Below the pieces are notes generated by a model. It was not told the origin of the DNA and did no database searches. It saw only the letters and a list, made by a program, of their open reading frames with translations. 64,000 bases of DNA from Candidatus Omnitrophota bacterium (GTDB lineage Bacteria; Omnitrophota; Gorgyraeia; Duberdicusellales; 4484-171), in NCBI GenBank assembly GCA_018826075.1, contig JAHKAJ010000024.1, positions 4,343 through 68,342 of the forward strand, read 5' to 3'. Each line of letters opens with the position of its first letter. Positions within the stretch are counted from its first letter, which is position 1. Position numbers and translations under genes: made by a program. Below, in pieces: positions 8,306 through 17,209 of the stretch.

Positions 8306-9684
8306 AAAAAAAGCTGGCTAAAGCTTTCAGCCTTATTGAAGTTGCCGTGAGCATAACGGTTTTGGGCCTGGTCATTGTCGCAATTGTGCCGGCCATAAAC
8401 AGTGCTTTGCGCCGGGCCCGAATCTCAAACTACAAAGCCGTAGCTCACCGCCTAGCTCAGGAAAGGATTGAGCAGCTGACCGGGACTAATTTCAACAGTG
8501 ATTTTTATGACGGGTTATTCAATCTTACTACCGGCAATCCTTGGAACGATACCGTCTTTCATTTGTTAGGAAACAATACCTTTCCCGGAAACGAGGCTTA
8601 CGGAAACCTTTCGCTTAATACCAGCGACCCTGATGATCCTTTTAGTCATTACAGCCGGTTGACCGAAGGTTCCTGGGATCTTGACCAGGATAGGACTTTA
8701 GATAACGAGAAGTTGGCTGGACGGCCTTTAACGGGGATGTATGGTAATTTAAGCCTGGTCCGGGTAAGCGTATCTTGGGATTTTAATGAAGATGGAGTCG
8801 ATGATTATGAACCGGTGGTAGTAACAACTTTTAAGGCCGGCAGCCTTGAATCTACATGTTCAGCCATGAACCTGGTCAATACTCCTTTTTTAGATAATTC
8901 CACTGACCTTTGCTCTGAACCGGATAAAACTCTGCCAGCCAGTTTTGACGGTACTCTTAACAGCCGGATAACGCCTTACACTGCTGGTACTTTGACTATT
9001 AATGCCAATGTAGGCTGGGCTAATTGTCCTTCTTATTTTATCCTAGCTAATTCGGTAGTTTTAGATGGTTCACCCACGGTTTATGCTGAAGGTAAGACCA
9101 ACTCTACTCTTGATGGCGGTTCGGGTGGTTCTGGCGGCGGCGGTGGTGGTGGCTTTTGTGGGTTTGGTTTTCGTCTTGGAGGCAATGGCGGTAGTGGTGG
9201 TAACGGAATAGGTGCTTGCGGGGCAGGCGGAACTGGCTGTGGCAATAGTTATAATTCAGGTTTTACTTATGGTACGGGTGGTAGTGGTGGCAATGCCGTA
9301 CTGCCTGGCGGAGTCGGTGGCGCTGGCGGTAATGGTTTCGGTGGTGGTGGCGGCGGCGGGACTGTAGCTCCCGGGTTACCTTATGGCCAGGGTGGTGGTG
9401 GAGGTGGAGGCTTAATAGTGATCGTGACTTCTTCCCTTAGTGGCGGCGGCACTTTGAATGCCGCTGGTGGTAATGCTACAGGTTTGTCCTTTCCCGGAGG
9501 GGGCGGAGGAGGAGTGATTTGGATTGCTGCTGAGTCTTACGACGGTAGTATTAGTGCCGACGTTAACCGAGGCACCAACGACTTTCCAGTTCCTATTTTT
9601 AACGCCACATCCGGTATAGCCAGGATTTTTCAACTGAATACTGATGGTTCTCTTACCGCTAGGAATTTCACTGATACCTGGTAA
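8302..9684 (+). CDS. Minor pilin PilV/GspI-like with C-terminal glycine-rich domain
   Basis: AKA|FSLIEVAVSI; AHRLAQERIEQL; VRVSVSW; long GGxGG runs after about aa 270. Confidence 0.78.
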   Translation: MKKKLAKAFSLIEVAVSITVLGLVIVAIVPAINSALRRARISNYKAVAHRLAQERIEQLTGTNFNSDFYDGLFNLTTGNPWNDTVFHLLGNNTFPGNEAYGNLSLNTSDPDDPFSHYSRLTEGSWDLDQDRTLDNEKLAGRPLTGMYGNLSLVRVSVSWDFNEDGVDDYEPVVVTTFKAGSLESTCSAMNLVNTPFLDNSTDLCSEPDKTLPASFDGTLNSRITPYTAGTLTINANVGWANCPSYFILANSVVLDGSPTVYAEGKTNSTLDGGSGGSGGGGGGGFCGFGFRLGGNGGSGGNGIGACGAGGTGCGNSYNSGFTYGTGGSGGNAVLPGGVGGAGGNGFGGGGGGGTVAPGLPYGQGGGGGGGLIVIVTSSLSGGGTLNAAGGNATGLSFPGGGGGGVIWIAAESYDGSISADVNRGTNDFPVPIFNATSGIARIFQLNTDGSLTARNFTDTW

Positions 9685-9703
9685 AATAAGTTTTGTTTAG
9701 AAT

Positions 9704-11248
9704 ATGAAGTTTAAAAAGTATAAGCTTTCAGTAACTTTGGTCGAGGCAGTGGTAGTTGTGGCTATCTTTGCGGTGATTGCCGCGGCTACTGGTTCGATCC
9801 TGTTTACAGCCAGCCGTTCTGGTTCGCGCCTGGCTGACAAGGCTAAGGTTTTTCAGGATGCTACCTGGGCTATGGATTATATGGTTAACGAAGCCCGCTG
9901 GGGAGCTGATTTTTACCTTGCTCCGGTTCCTTTTGAAAATTATGACCTGATTACCTTTCAAAGCGATACCAACCATAATAGGACTGATCCCAATGATCCT
10001 TGCGTTTGGTATTGGCGGGGTTTTACTACCACCGCTATTCCGGCGGTAAATTACGGCAATAGCAGCATCTTGTACCGTGGTTTGGATGCCGCTTGTAACA
10101 CTGATAATACTACTTCTTTACAGGCAGCTAATGCCAGCCGCCAGGAACTGGTTGGTTTTATAGTCGATAACCCGGTTAATGCTACGGGTAACCCGGTAAG
10201 GGTATTTGGTTGGAACAATACCACTAGTGAATTTAGCGTTGTCTTGACTACCCAGAATCCTTCAATCCATGATAACCAGACCTTGAAAGCTAAGGTAGTG
10301 GCTTTAAATAATGTAGAGAGAGCTATCTGTCAGTGTTCTGATGGCCAAGATAATGATGGAGATGGGGGGATTGATTATCTTACTGAAGCCAGTGAAACCT
10401 GCGGCCTTTTCTTTGAGTATGATGACGTCAGGTACGGCGGGACTGGTTTTCCCAATTTTAGATTTGACCAGACTCTTGATTCGATCTTGCCGGGAAACAA
10501 GTTTCAGGATTTTAATTTTCGCAATGAACGGTTTAAGCTTTGGGTAGATTTCAGGATGTTCTCAACTCTTGGCGCCAGCACCGGTTATGGCTATGGTTCC
10601 TCCGGCTATGCCGGCCCGAATTTCAGCAGCGATGCCGACAGTTTTATACATATGGATTTGCTTGTCCGGGCTCCTTATGATATTCAAGGTATCCCTGAGA
10701 GCACTTTTTATGCCAACACCATCAACTCTCAGACTATGCTGGGTATTGGCAGCTGGCTGGATTTATCCACTCAGCCTGCAGGCAACGTCTGGATTTTTAA
10801 GGATGAAAGAAGGGATAAATATCGTGTAAGCCAGGTTCATTCCAGCCGAGCGGAAAGGGCTGCAGCTGTGGTCAGTGCGCCGAATTTTAGCTATAGTGTA
10901 CCGCCCTGGTGTGAAACCAGCCCCGGCGGCCCCTGCGTAGCGAATTATTATTATAATACTTATGGTAATGGCGGTTATATTTATGTTGATAATAGCGGTG
11001 AGCTGCATATTGGTTACGTGATTAGCCGTACGAAGTACAATTATCTTTGTTCTGCCCACCCGACTTTTCTTGTCGGTATAACCAAAGACAGCTGTACTGA
11101 TCCGGCTTGCGCCGATGGAGTTGATAATGACGGTAATGGTTTTATTGATTATCCTGAGGATCCTGGCTGCGCCTCGGCTAAGGATATTTCAGAAGTTGCC
11201 CATGACCTGCAGTGTGTAGATGCCAATGACATGTACGAATATAAGTAG
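9704..11248 (+). CDS. Minor pilin PilW/GspJ-like with Cys/Asp-rich Ca-binding-type repeats and inserted cargo domain
   Basis: KLS|VTLVEAVVVVAI (E5); AMDYMVNEAR helix; two CxDGxDNDGxGxIDY motifs. Confidence 0.72.
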   Translation: MKFKKYKLSVTLVEAVVVVAIFAVIAAATGSILFTASRSGSRLADKAKVFQDATWAMDYMVNEARWGADFYLAPVPFENYDLITFQSDTNHNRTDPNDPCVWYWRGFTTTAIPAVNYGNSSILYRGLDAACNTDNTTSLQAANASRQELVGFIVDNPVNATGNPVRVFGWNNTTSEFSVVLTTQNPSIHDNQTLKAKVVALNNVERAICQCSDGQDNDGDGGIDYLTEASETCGLFFEYDDVRYGGTGFPNFRFDQTLDSILPGNKFQDFNFRNERFKLWVDFRMFSTLGASTGYGYGSSGYAGPNFSSDADSFIHMDLLVRAPYDIQGIPESTFYANTINSQTMLGIGSWLDLSTQPAGNVWIFKDERRDKYRVSQVHSSRAERAAAVVSAPNFSYSVPPWCETSPGGPCVANYYYNTYGNGGYIYVDNSGELHIGYVISRTKYNYLCSAHPTFLVGITKDSCTDPACADGVDNDGNGFIDYPEDPGCASAKDISEVAHDLQCVDANDMYEYK

Positions 11249-11251
11249 ACA

Positions 11252-13501
11252 ATGAGTCAAAATAAGCTTCAAAAAACTCAAACTTTGCTTTACGTCAGTT
11301 TTGCCCTGCTGGCAGTCAGTGTGGTGGCGGCTGTGGTTATGACCAGTGTCATCACTAACCTAAAAACCGCCTCTTATCAGCAGAAAGGAATGGATGCTTA
11401 TCAGCTGGCCATGGCCGGGGTTGAACGGGCTAAGGTCGAGCTGGCTAATAGTTGGGGTTGGCCAGGCATGGATGATGGCGGGGATGATGATCCTCATTTG
11501 GGAGAAGCCGGCTCGGATGAAACTGAAAGCCTGGGTGATGGCCAATACTGGGTGGCGATAGCAGATAATGTTGATGGTACGGTGACTGCGATTTCTCACG
11601 GTTGGGTGGGTGATGCTCATCAGGTGATCGAGGTGATAATAGAACAAGTAGCCGGCACAGTCCCTGTTCCTGAAGGGGTATTTGTGGCTGAACGGGATAG
11701 AAACCGGGTCAGTCAACTGGATGAGAACGGTGATCCTGTCTGGTCGCTGGAAGGAGCGCCTATGGGTGCCGGTCAAATTGCTTTTAACCCTAACACTAAT
11801 GAATCCTGGGTGTTTGCCGGGAGTCAGATCGTCAAATTAGGGGCTAATGGCATAGCCGAGTGGTCTTATCAGTTAGCTGTTGGTTCTGGACGCCTTGATG
11901 TTACGGTTAACCCTTATACTAGTGAAGTCTGGGTGGCTAATTTTGACGGCGACCAGGTAGTTAAATTAAATGCTGACGGAAGTTTGGGCTGGGTAGTTAA
12001 TTTTGGCAGTAACAGCCGGCCGACTTCAGTGGCTATAGTTCCTGAAACTACACCAAATACTACTCAATCCTGGGTGAGCTGCAGCAATAGCAACAGAAGG
12101 CTTTATAAGTTAAACGCTAATGGCAGTGTTGCTTGGTCTCTTTACAGGACTGATTTCCGGCTTTATTCGGTGGCAGTTGACCCTAATACTAAGGATTCTT
12201 GGGTAGCGCAGTATTATAACAACCGTATTGGTAGAGTAGATAATAATGGAGCAATGAAGTCTGGCTGGCCTAAAGGCGGCTTTAACCGTCCTTTTGCTGT
12301 TTCAATTAATCCTACTACGCGGGAATGCTGGGTAGGCGAAGTACGTGGTCACCGAATCATAAAATTAAATGATAACGGTACTTGGGCTTGGAATCTGAAT
12401 ACCGGTAGAGATATAGGCAAAATTTCGGTTGACCCTAATACTAATGAATGTTGGGCCGTTGGTGCTAACTGGGTTGCTAAAATAATAGACAATGGTACGT
12501 TTGGATCATTTGCTTTCCAAAATACCTCATTATCGATTCCTAGTTTGGATGTAGCCTCGATTGAAGTTGACCCGGCTACTGGAGAATGCTGGGTGAATGA
12601 ATCTGGCCGCAGCCGGGTTGTGCGTTTGGATACCAATGGCAATAAAGTTTGGCAAAGCCCGGCTTTCAATGCTTATGCGCTTGCCGGACTCGATTCCGGA
12701 GAAGTTTGGGTAGCTAATTACAACTCTTCAGCTGCATACACCGGTGTGGTTAAAGCCAATTCTGTTCCTTCAGTTGACTGGATGAGTGATGATATCTGGG
12801 CTGAGTCGCGTTCGATAGCAGTAAATTTTGCCGGTGAATCCTGGGTGGCTGATTATAACCGTGATAGAGTTAGGAAATTGAGGGCTGATGGTACAATTGA
12901 GTGGACCAAGAATCTTAACAACCCAATTTCAGTTGCAGTTAACCCTAACACCAATGAGTGTTGGGTGGCTTATAATGGTAACAGAGTTAGAAAATTAAAT
13001 GCCGATAGTACAAATGCCTGGACCAGGAGCGGCCTTAACGACCCAAGATCAGTTTCAGTTAACCCTAACACCAATGAGTGCTGGGTGGCTGAATATGGCG
13101 GTGGTAGAGTTAGAAAATTAAGGGCTGATGGTACAATTGAGTGGGGCAGGAATCTTAGCAACCCGATCTCGGTCTCAGTTAACCCCACTACTAGCGAATC
13201 CTGGGTGGCTGAATATGGTGCTAATCGGGTTAGAAAACTAAATGCCGACTCTACAGTTGCCTGGACCAGGGGCAGCCTTAGCGGACCGGTTTCAGTATCA
13301 GTCAATCCGGTTACCAGCCAATGCTGGGTGTCTACTGTTACGGGTACTGCTCGAGTAATCAAGTTGGATACCGACGGTACCGTAGTAGTTGACAAGTCCG
13401 GGTATAGTTATCCATCAGCAGTATCAGTCCCGCTGGTTGACACCAGTGCAACAGTTAACAATTCGATTAATGTTCAGTCCGGCAGCTGGCGGAAACCTTG
13501 A
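11252..13501 (+). CDS. PilX/GspK-like minor pilin fused to a multi-bladed beta-propeller (NHL-like repeats)
   Basis: N-terminal TM without E5, AYQLAMAGVERA PilX motif, many ~40-aa SVSVNP..NECWVA...RVRKL.ADG...W repeats, C-terminal SW motif. Confidence 0.75.
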   Translation: MSQNKLQKTQTLLYVSFALLAVSVVAAVVMTSVITNLKTASYQQKGMDAYQLAMAGVERAKVELANSWGWPGMDDGGDDDPHLGEAGSDETESLGDGQYWVAIADNVDGTVTAISHGWVGDAHQVIEVIIEQVAGTVPVPEGVFVAERDRNRVSQLDENGDPVWSLEGAPMGAGQIAFNPNTNESWVFAGSQIVKLGANGIAEWSYQLAVGSGRLDVTVNPYTSEVWVANFDGDQVVKLNADGSLGWVVNFGSNSRPTSVAIVPETTPNTTQSWVSCSNSNRRLYKLNANGSVAWSLYRTDFRLYSVAVDPNTKDSWVAQYYNNRIGRVDNNGAMKSGWPKGGFNRPFAVSINPTTRECWVGEVRGHRIIKLNDNGTWAWNLNTGRDIGKISVDPNTNECWAVGANWVAKIIDNGTFGSFAFQNTSLSIPSLDVASIEVDPATGECWVNESGRSRVVRLDTNGNKVWQSPAFNAYALAGLDSGEVWVANYNSSAAYTGVVKANSVPSVDWMSDDIWAESRSIAVNFAGESWVADYNRDRVRKLRADGTIEWTKNLNNPISVAVNPNTNECWVAYNGNRVRKLNADSTNAWTRSGLNDPRSVSVNPNTNECWVAEYGGGRVRKLRADGTIEWGRNLSNPISVSVNPTTSESWVAEYGANRVRKLNADSTVAWTRGSLSGPVSVSVNPVTSQCWVSTVTGTARVIKLDTDGTVVVDKSGYSYPSAVSVPLVDTSATVNNSINVQSGSWRKP
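12836..13330 (+). repeat. 120-bp tandem intragenic repeats (propeller blades), ABAB arrangement
   Basis: TGGGTGGCT recurs at 12842, 12962, 13082 and 13202; blades alternate RKLRADGTIEW and RKLNADSTxAW. Confidence 0.9.
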
Positions 13502-13585
13502 ATCGAATAAATTTATTAATCAATAATTTACTTTTGTCCAGGCGCATAATATAATAAACTTAGCGAAAGTTAATTTAAAAAATCT

Positions 13586-14785
13586 ATGCCAGCTTATAAA
13601 TACACAGTAAGGGACAGGTTCGGAAGAAAAGTCAAAGGCTTTTCTATTGCTGCTGACCGCAGAGTTTTAGCTGAAGAGCTGGCTAAAATGGGCTATATTT
13701 TTATCTCCGCTGATGAAGTCGGCCGGCTAAAGCAGGGAAAAACCATAAAGATCAAGAAAGGCGAGGTTCTTAATCTTACCCGTAACCTATCAGCGCTTTT
13801 AAACGGCGGTATTCCTTTACTTGAGTCTTTGACTGCTTTGATCGGTGATACGTCCGAGTTAAATTTATTAAGTATCCTTATAAGTATTAAGAGTTATGTT
13901 GAGGCCGGCGGTTCATTCCGGGATGCTTTAGTTCTTCATCCCAAAGTATTTTCGGAATTATACCGGGCAGTAGTGGCTGGCGGAGAGGCAACTGGAAGGT
14001 TAGGGGCAGCGCTTGAGCAGATGTCTGATTATCTTGAGTGGGAGCAGGACCTTCAATCAAGGGTGCAAGGATTGGCAATATACCCGATCATTCTTTCAGT
14101 GATCATGCTTTTGGCTTTAGGTGTTATTGTTATCGTAGTTTTGCCGAAGTTTGAAGCTTTGTTTTCTGATTTTGGAGCTGAATTACCACTGATCACCCAG
14201 TTGGCCATGTCCATGAGTAAAATAGTCGCCAAGACCTGGGTTTATATTCTTGGGGCTATCATTTCTGCGGTAATTGTGTTAAAATTGATAATAAAGCGGA
14301 ATTACCGCTTGGCTCTTTTTTTCGATAAGTATAAACTTAAGCTTCCGATTTTCGGCGATGTAATCTATAAGTTATGCGTTTCACATTTCGCCAGGTCAAC
14401 GTACCTTTGTTTGTTTAACGGGATACCGATCGTCACCACCTTGGATATGGTACGCCAGACTGTGGGGAACAAATATTTAGAGGCGGCTTTGGACATGGTT
14501 AAGAAAAGTGTTTTTACCGGAGGCGAACTTTCAATGGCTCTTTCCGGGACCAATGCTTTCCCCAGCTTTATGGTCCGGATGGTCCACGTCGGAGAGAGCG
14601 CCGGTAATTTAGCCGACGGTTTTAGTAAAACCTGTAAGTTTTACGATAAGGAGATCCCCCGATTGATCGGCGCGGTATTCTCTATTTTAGAGCCGCTAAT
14701 AATTGTTTTTTTAGGCGTAGCAGTCATGGGTTTGGCCTTTGTGGTCTTTTTGCCTTTGACCCAGCTGTTACAGAAAGTAGGTTAA
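13586..14785 (+). CDS. pilC: Type IV pilus platform protein PilC/GspF
   Basis: MPAYKY start, LLNGGIPLLESL, GEATGRL, YP..L, GESAGNL, LEPLII; 3 TM segments. Confidence 0.93.
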   Translation: MPAYKYTVRDRFGRKVKGFSIAADRRVLAEELAKMGYIFISADEVGRLKQGKTIKIKKGEVLNLTRNLSALLNGGIPLLESLTALIGDTSELNLLSILISIKSYVEAGGSFRDALVLHPKVFSELYRAVVAGGEATGRLGAALEQMSDYLEWEQDLQSRVQGLAIYPIILSVIMLLALGVIVIVVLPKFEALFSDFGAELPLITQLAMSMSKIVAKTWVYILGAIISAVIVLKLIIKRNYRLALFFDKYKLKLPIFGDVIYKLCVSHFARSTYLCLFNGIPIVTTLDMVRQTVGNKYLEAALDMVKKSVFTGGELSMALSGTNAFPSFMVRMVHVGESAGNLADGFSKTCKFYDKEIPRLIGAVFSILEPLIIVFLGVAVMGLAFVVFLPLTQLLQKVG

Positions 14786-14786
14786 T

Positions 14787-16448
14787 ATGAAAAATATTGT
14801 TGCTATTGATATCGGCGCCTGCCTTACCAAAATAATTGTTGCTGAAGACAAGCGCAAACTGCTGGAGATAGCCTCGTTTAAATATTTCCCGACCCCTTAC
14901 CGTAAAGACGACGTTTTTGATGAAGAGGTTTTTTTCGAACGCTTATTTGCGGTTATCAGCCAGGAAGTGCTAAAGTCATCACAGGTGGCTATCGGGCTTC
15001 CTTCGCCGACGACTAACTTTTCTTTTTTTGAATTACCGTCGATGGGGGCTGCTGATTTAAAAAAAGCCATTATCAGTGAAGCTCAGCGGACGATCCGTCC
15101 CACACCGGCAGATAGTGATATCCTGCGCTATGCTGTTTTGAAGAGTCCCCAGGCTAAGGAAGTCAAACATGCCAATATTTTAGTTGGTTCGGGGGTATCG
15201 GCTGAGATTACCCGCTATTACACTTTATTCGAGCGCCAGGGGATCACCCCCAGTTTTATCGGTTCTTCGGCCTCAAGCCCGATGGTTTATCCTTTAGGCT
15301 ATTACCCGGATTTACCGTCCGGTTGGTGTTTTGTCGACATTGGTTATACTAACACTACGATTGTTATTTTTTTCAACAACATCCCGACTTTAGTCCGGAC
15401 CATACTTTTTGCCACTCGCGATTTTATCCGGGCCATCTCCACCGATAAAAAAATCGGGCTTAAAGAAGCTCAGGATGTTTTTTTAAAACGCGAAGCCCAG
15501 GAATTAGCCGATACTAACTGGGAATACCTGATTTCGGAGATCCGGCGTTCTTTTGCTTACTACAAGGAAGTTTCCGGCGGTAAAGCCATTGAAGGGGTGC
15601 ACTTTACCGGAGGCATCTTTGCCGTAGGGCCCTATATCGATATTTTAAAGAAAAACATTGGCGGAAAAGTCGAGCTATTCGATGCCCGTATAGTTAAAAA
15701 AATATCCTTGGATAAAGTCGCGGCTGAAGAAATTACCAGCGCCGGTTACTTTTTCGCTAATTCTTTAGGTTTAGCCTTATCTTTATGCGAAAAGAAGCAA
15801 ACCTTGAATTTTTTACCGGAAACGGCTTTGAAAGAGAAACAAACCGAAATCGTTAAGTCTCTTTCTCGGCAAGTGCTCACGGTTTTGACTCTTGGCTTAG
15901 CAGTAATTTTCTGCCTGTCGTTGTTTTGGATTTCAGCAGTCAGGGGAAAATTAAAAAATGAGCTTTTGACTTTTTCCGAACAGGAATACCAAGATGCGGT
16001 TGCTACTGAAAATGAGATCACTCAAATAGAAAATCAAGTTACCGCCGAAGCTGATTTTATTGCCGAACAAGTCAGGCTCGGCGAGCAGCGCCGTAAGGTT
16101 TTTTCGGTTATCGCCAAATGCCTGCCTAGCAATGCTTATGTGGTTACTTTTGAATTCGGTTCGGGTTCTCCAGCGGCTGCCCCAAGTTCTTCTGGCGGCC
16201 GGCGCGGCCAGCCAGCCAGTCCAGCCAGCGAAGGAGAAACTGTTAAATGTGAGGGCCGGATTCAAGGAACCTACGAAGATACCGTTGAACAGCTTAAAGT
16301 CCTTGCCCGCAAGCTGCGTAAATCCGATATGTTTTCGGAAGTCACAGTTTCCCGTCAGACCCTTGGCAGTGAGCCGTTTTTGCCTTATCTTTCTGATTTT
16401 ACCGAAAATGTAAGAAGACAATTTACTTTGGAGTTAAAATTAAAATGA
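14787..16448 (+). CDS. PilM (actin-like)-PilN fusion protein
   Basis: AIDIG..TK, FVDIGYTNT, EIRRSFAYY, FTGG, GLAL (PilM) followed in frame by LNFLP + TM + coiled coil + ferredoxin-like C-terminus (PilN). Confidence 0.8.
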   Translation: MKNIVAIDIGACLTKIIVAEDKRKLLEIASFKYFPTPYRKDDVFDEEVFFERLFAVISQEVLKSSQVAIGLPSPTTNFSFFELPSMGAADLKKAIISEAQRTIRPTPADSDILRYAVLKSPQAKEVKHANILVGSGVSAEITRYYTLFERQGITPSFIGSSASSPMVYPLGYYPDLPSGWCFVDIGYTNTTIVIFFNNIPTLVRTILFATRDFIRAISTDKKIGLKEAQDVFLKREAQELADTNWEYLISEIRRSFAYYKEVSGGKAIEGVHFTGGIFAVGPYIDILKKNIGGKVELFDARIVKKISLDKVAAEEITSAGYFFANSLGLALSLCEKKQTLNFLPETALKEKQTEIVKSLSRQVLTVLTLGLAVIFCLSLFWISAVRGKLKNELLTFSEQEYQDAVATENEITQIENQVTAEADFIAEQVRLGEQRRKVFSVIAKCLPSNAYVVTFEFGSGSPAAAPSSSGGRRGQPASPASEGETVKCEGRIQGTYEDTVEQLKVLARKLRKSDMFSEVTVSRQTLGSEPFLPYLSDFTENVRRQFTLELKLK

Positions 16449-17170
16449 GCGAAAAAATCAAAGTGAAAATCCCCAAAATAAGCCCCGAACTGTTAAAAAA
16501 TAATCTGTTGATCGTGGTTTTCGCCGCCGCCGTATTATTTTTAGTTTTGAATGTTTTAGTTTGGCTTTCAGGGCAGGCGGTGGTGAAGCAGACCGTTGAG
16601 ATCAAGCAAAAGAAGGAAAAGATAGTACAGGTCGCTAAAAAATTAAAAAAGACCATTGAAAATAAGCCTCACCTTAAGGCTGAGGAGTTTGCCCGAAAAA
16701 TTCCTTTTCAGGCAATACCGCCGATAGCGGCTATTCAACAGGCTGGCTTGATCATCAGCTCAATCGGAGCCCAAGGTGAGATTGTTGCCAGCGAAGGTTC
16801 AGCCGGGGCTGCATCAGGGGGGTCTGGTTCGGGAAGCCAGGGCACTTCCAGCCAGGACATCGGAGAACTTATTCTAGTTGGTTCCAAAAGCCTCAGCCAA
16901 CAGCAATTTTCTTTTCAATTTGACTCTGACTATGAAGATCTTATGAAAATTTTGGAAAAAATCCCTTCTGCTGATCCTTTGATGTTGGTTAGTGGTTTTG
17001 TCATCGAGCGGATAGATAAAGATGATGTAGGAGAACCGATACCCGGCACCCCATTCGTTACCATACCTCTGGTATCCGGCGACGTGCGTAAGCTGGACAT
17101 TGAACTTAAACTGATTACTTTTACTGAAGTCTCGCCCGATGAACCTATCTGGTCATCAGGAAAAAAATAA
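16445..17170 (+). CDS. PilO-like alignment subcomplex protein
   Basis: Single N-terminal TM, coiled coil, F..DYEDLMKILEKI...L.V motif, position after pilMN. Confidence 0.65.
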   Translation: MSEKIKVKIPKISPELLKNNLLIVVFAAAVLFLVLNVLVWLSGQAVVKQTVEIKQKKEKIVQVAKKLKKTIENKPHLKAEEFARKIPFQAIPPIAAIQQAGLIISSIGAQGEIVASEGSAGAASGGSGSGSQGTSSQDIGELILVGSKSLSQQQFSFQFDSDYEDLMKILEKIPSADPLMLVSGFVIERIDKDDVGEPIPGTPFVTIPLVSGDVRKLDIELKLITFTEVSPDEPIWSSGKK

Positions 17171-17209
17171 TTCCCAATTTTCCAACCTTAAGGTATAATC
17201 CTTCTAATC

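Noticed and set aside
12836-13330. Regular repeats as a possible CRISPR array or DGR template/variable pair
   Set aside because: The units are in-frame coding blades without unique spacers. Differences are not adenine-specific, and no cas or reverse transcriptase gene is present.
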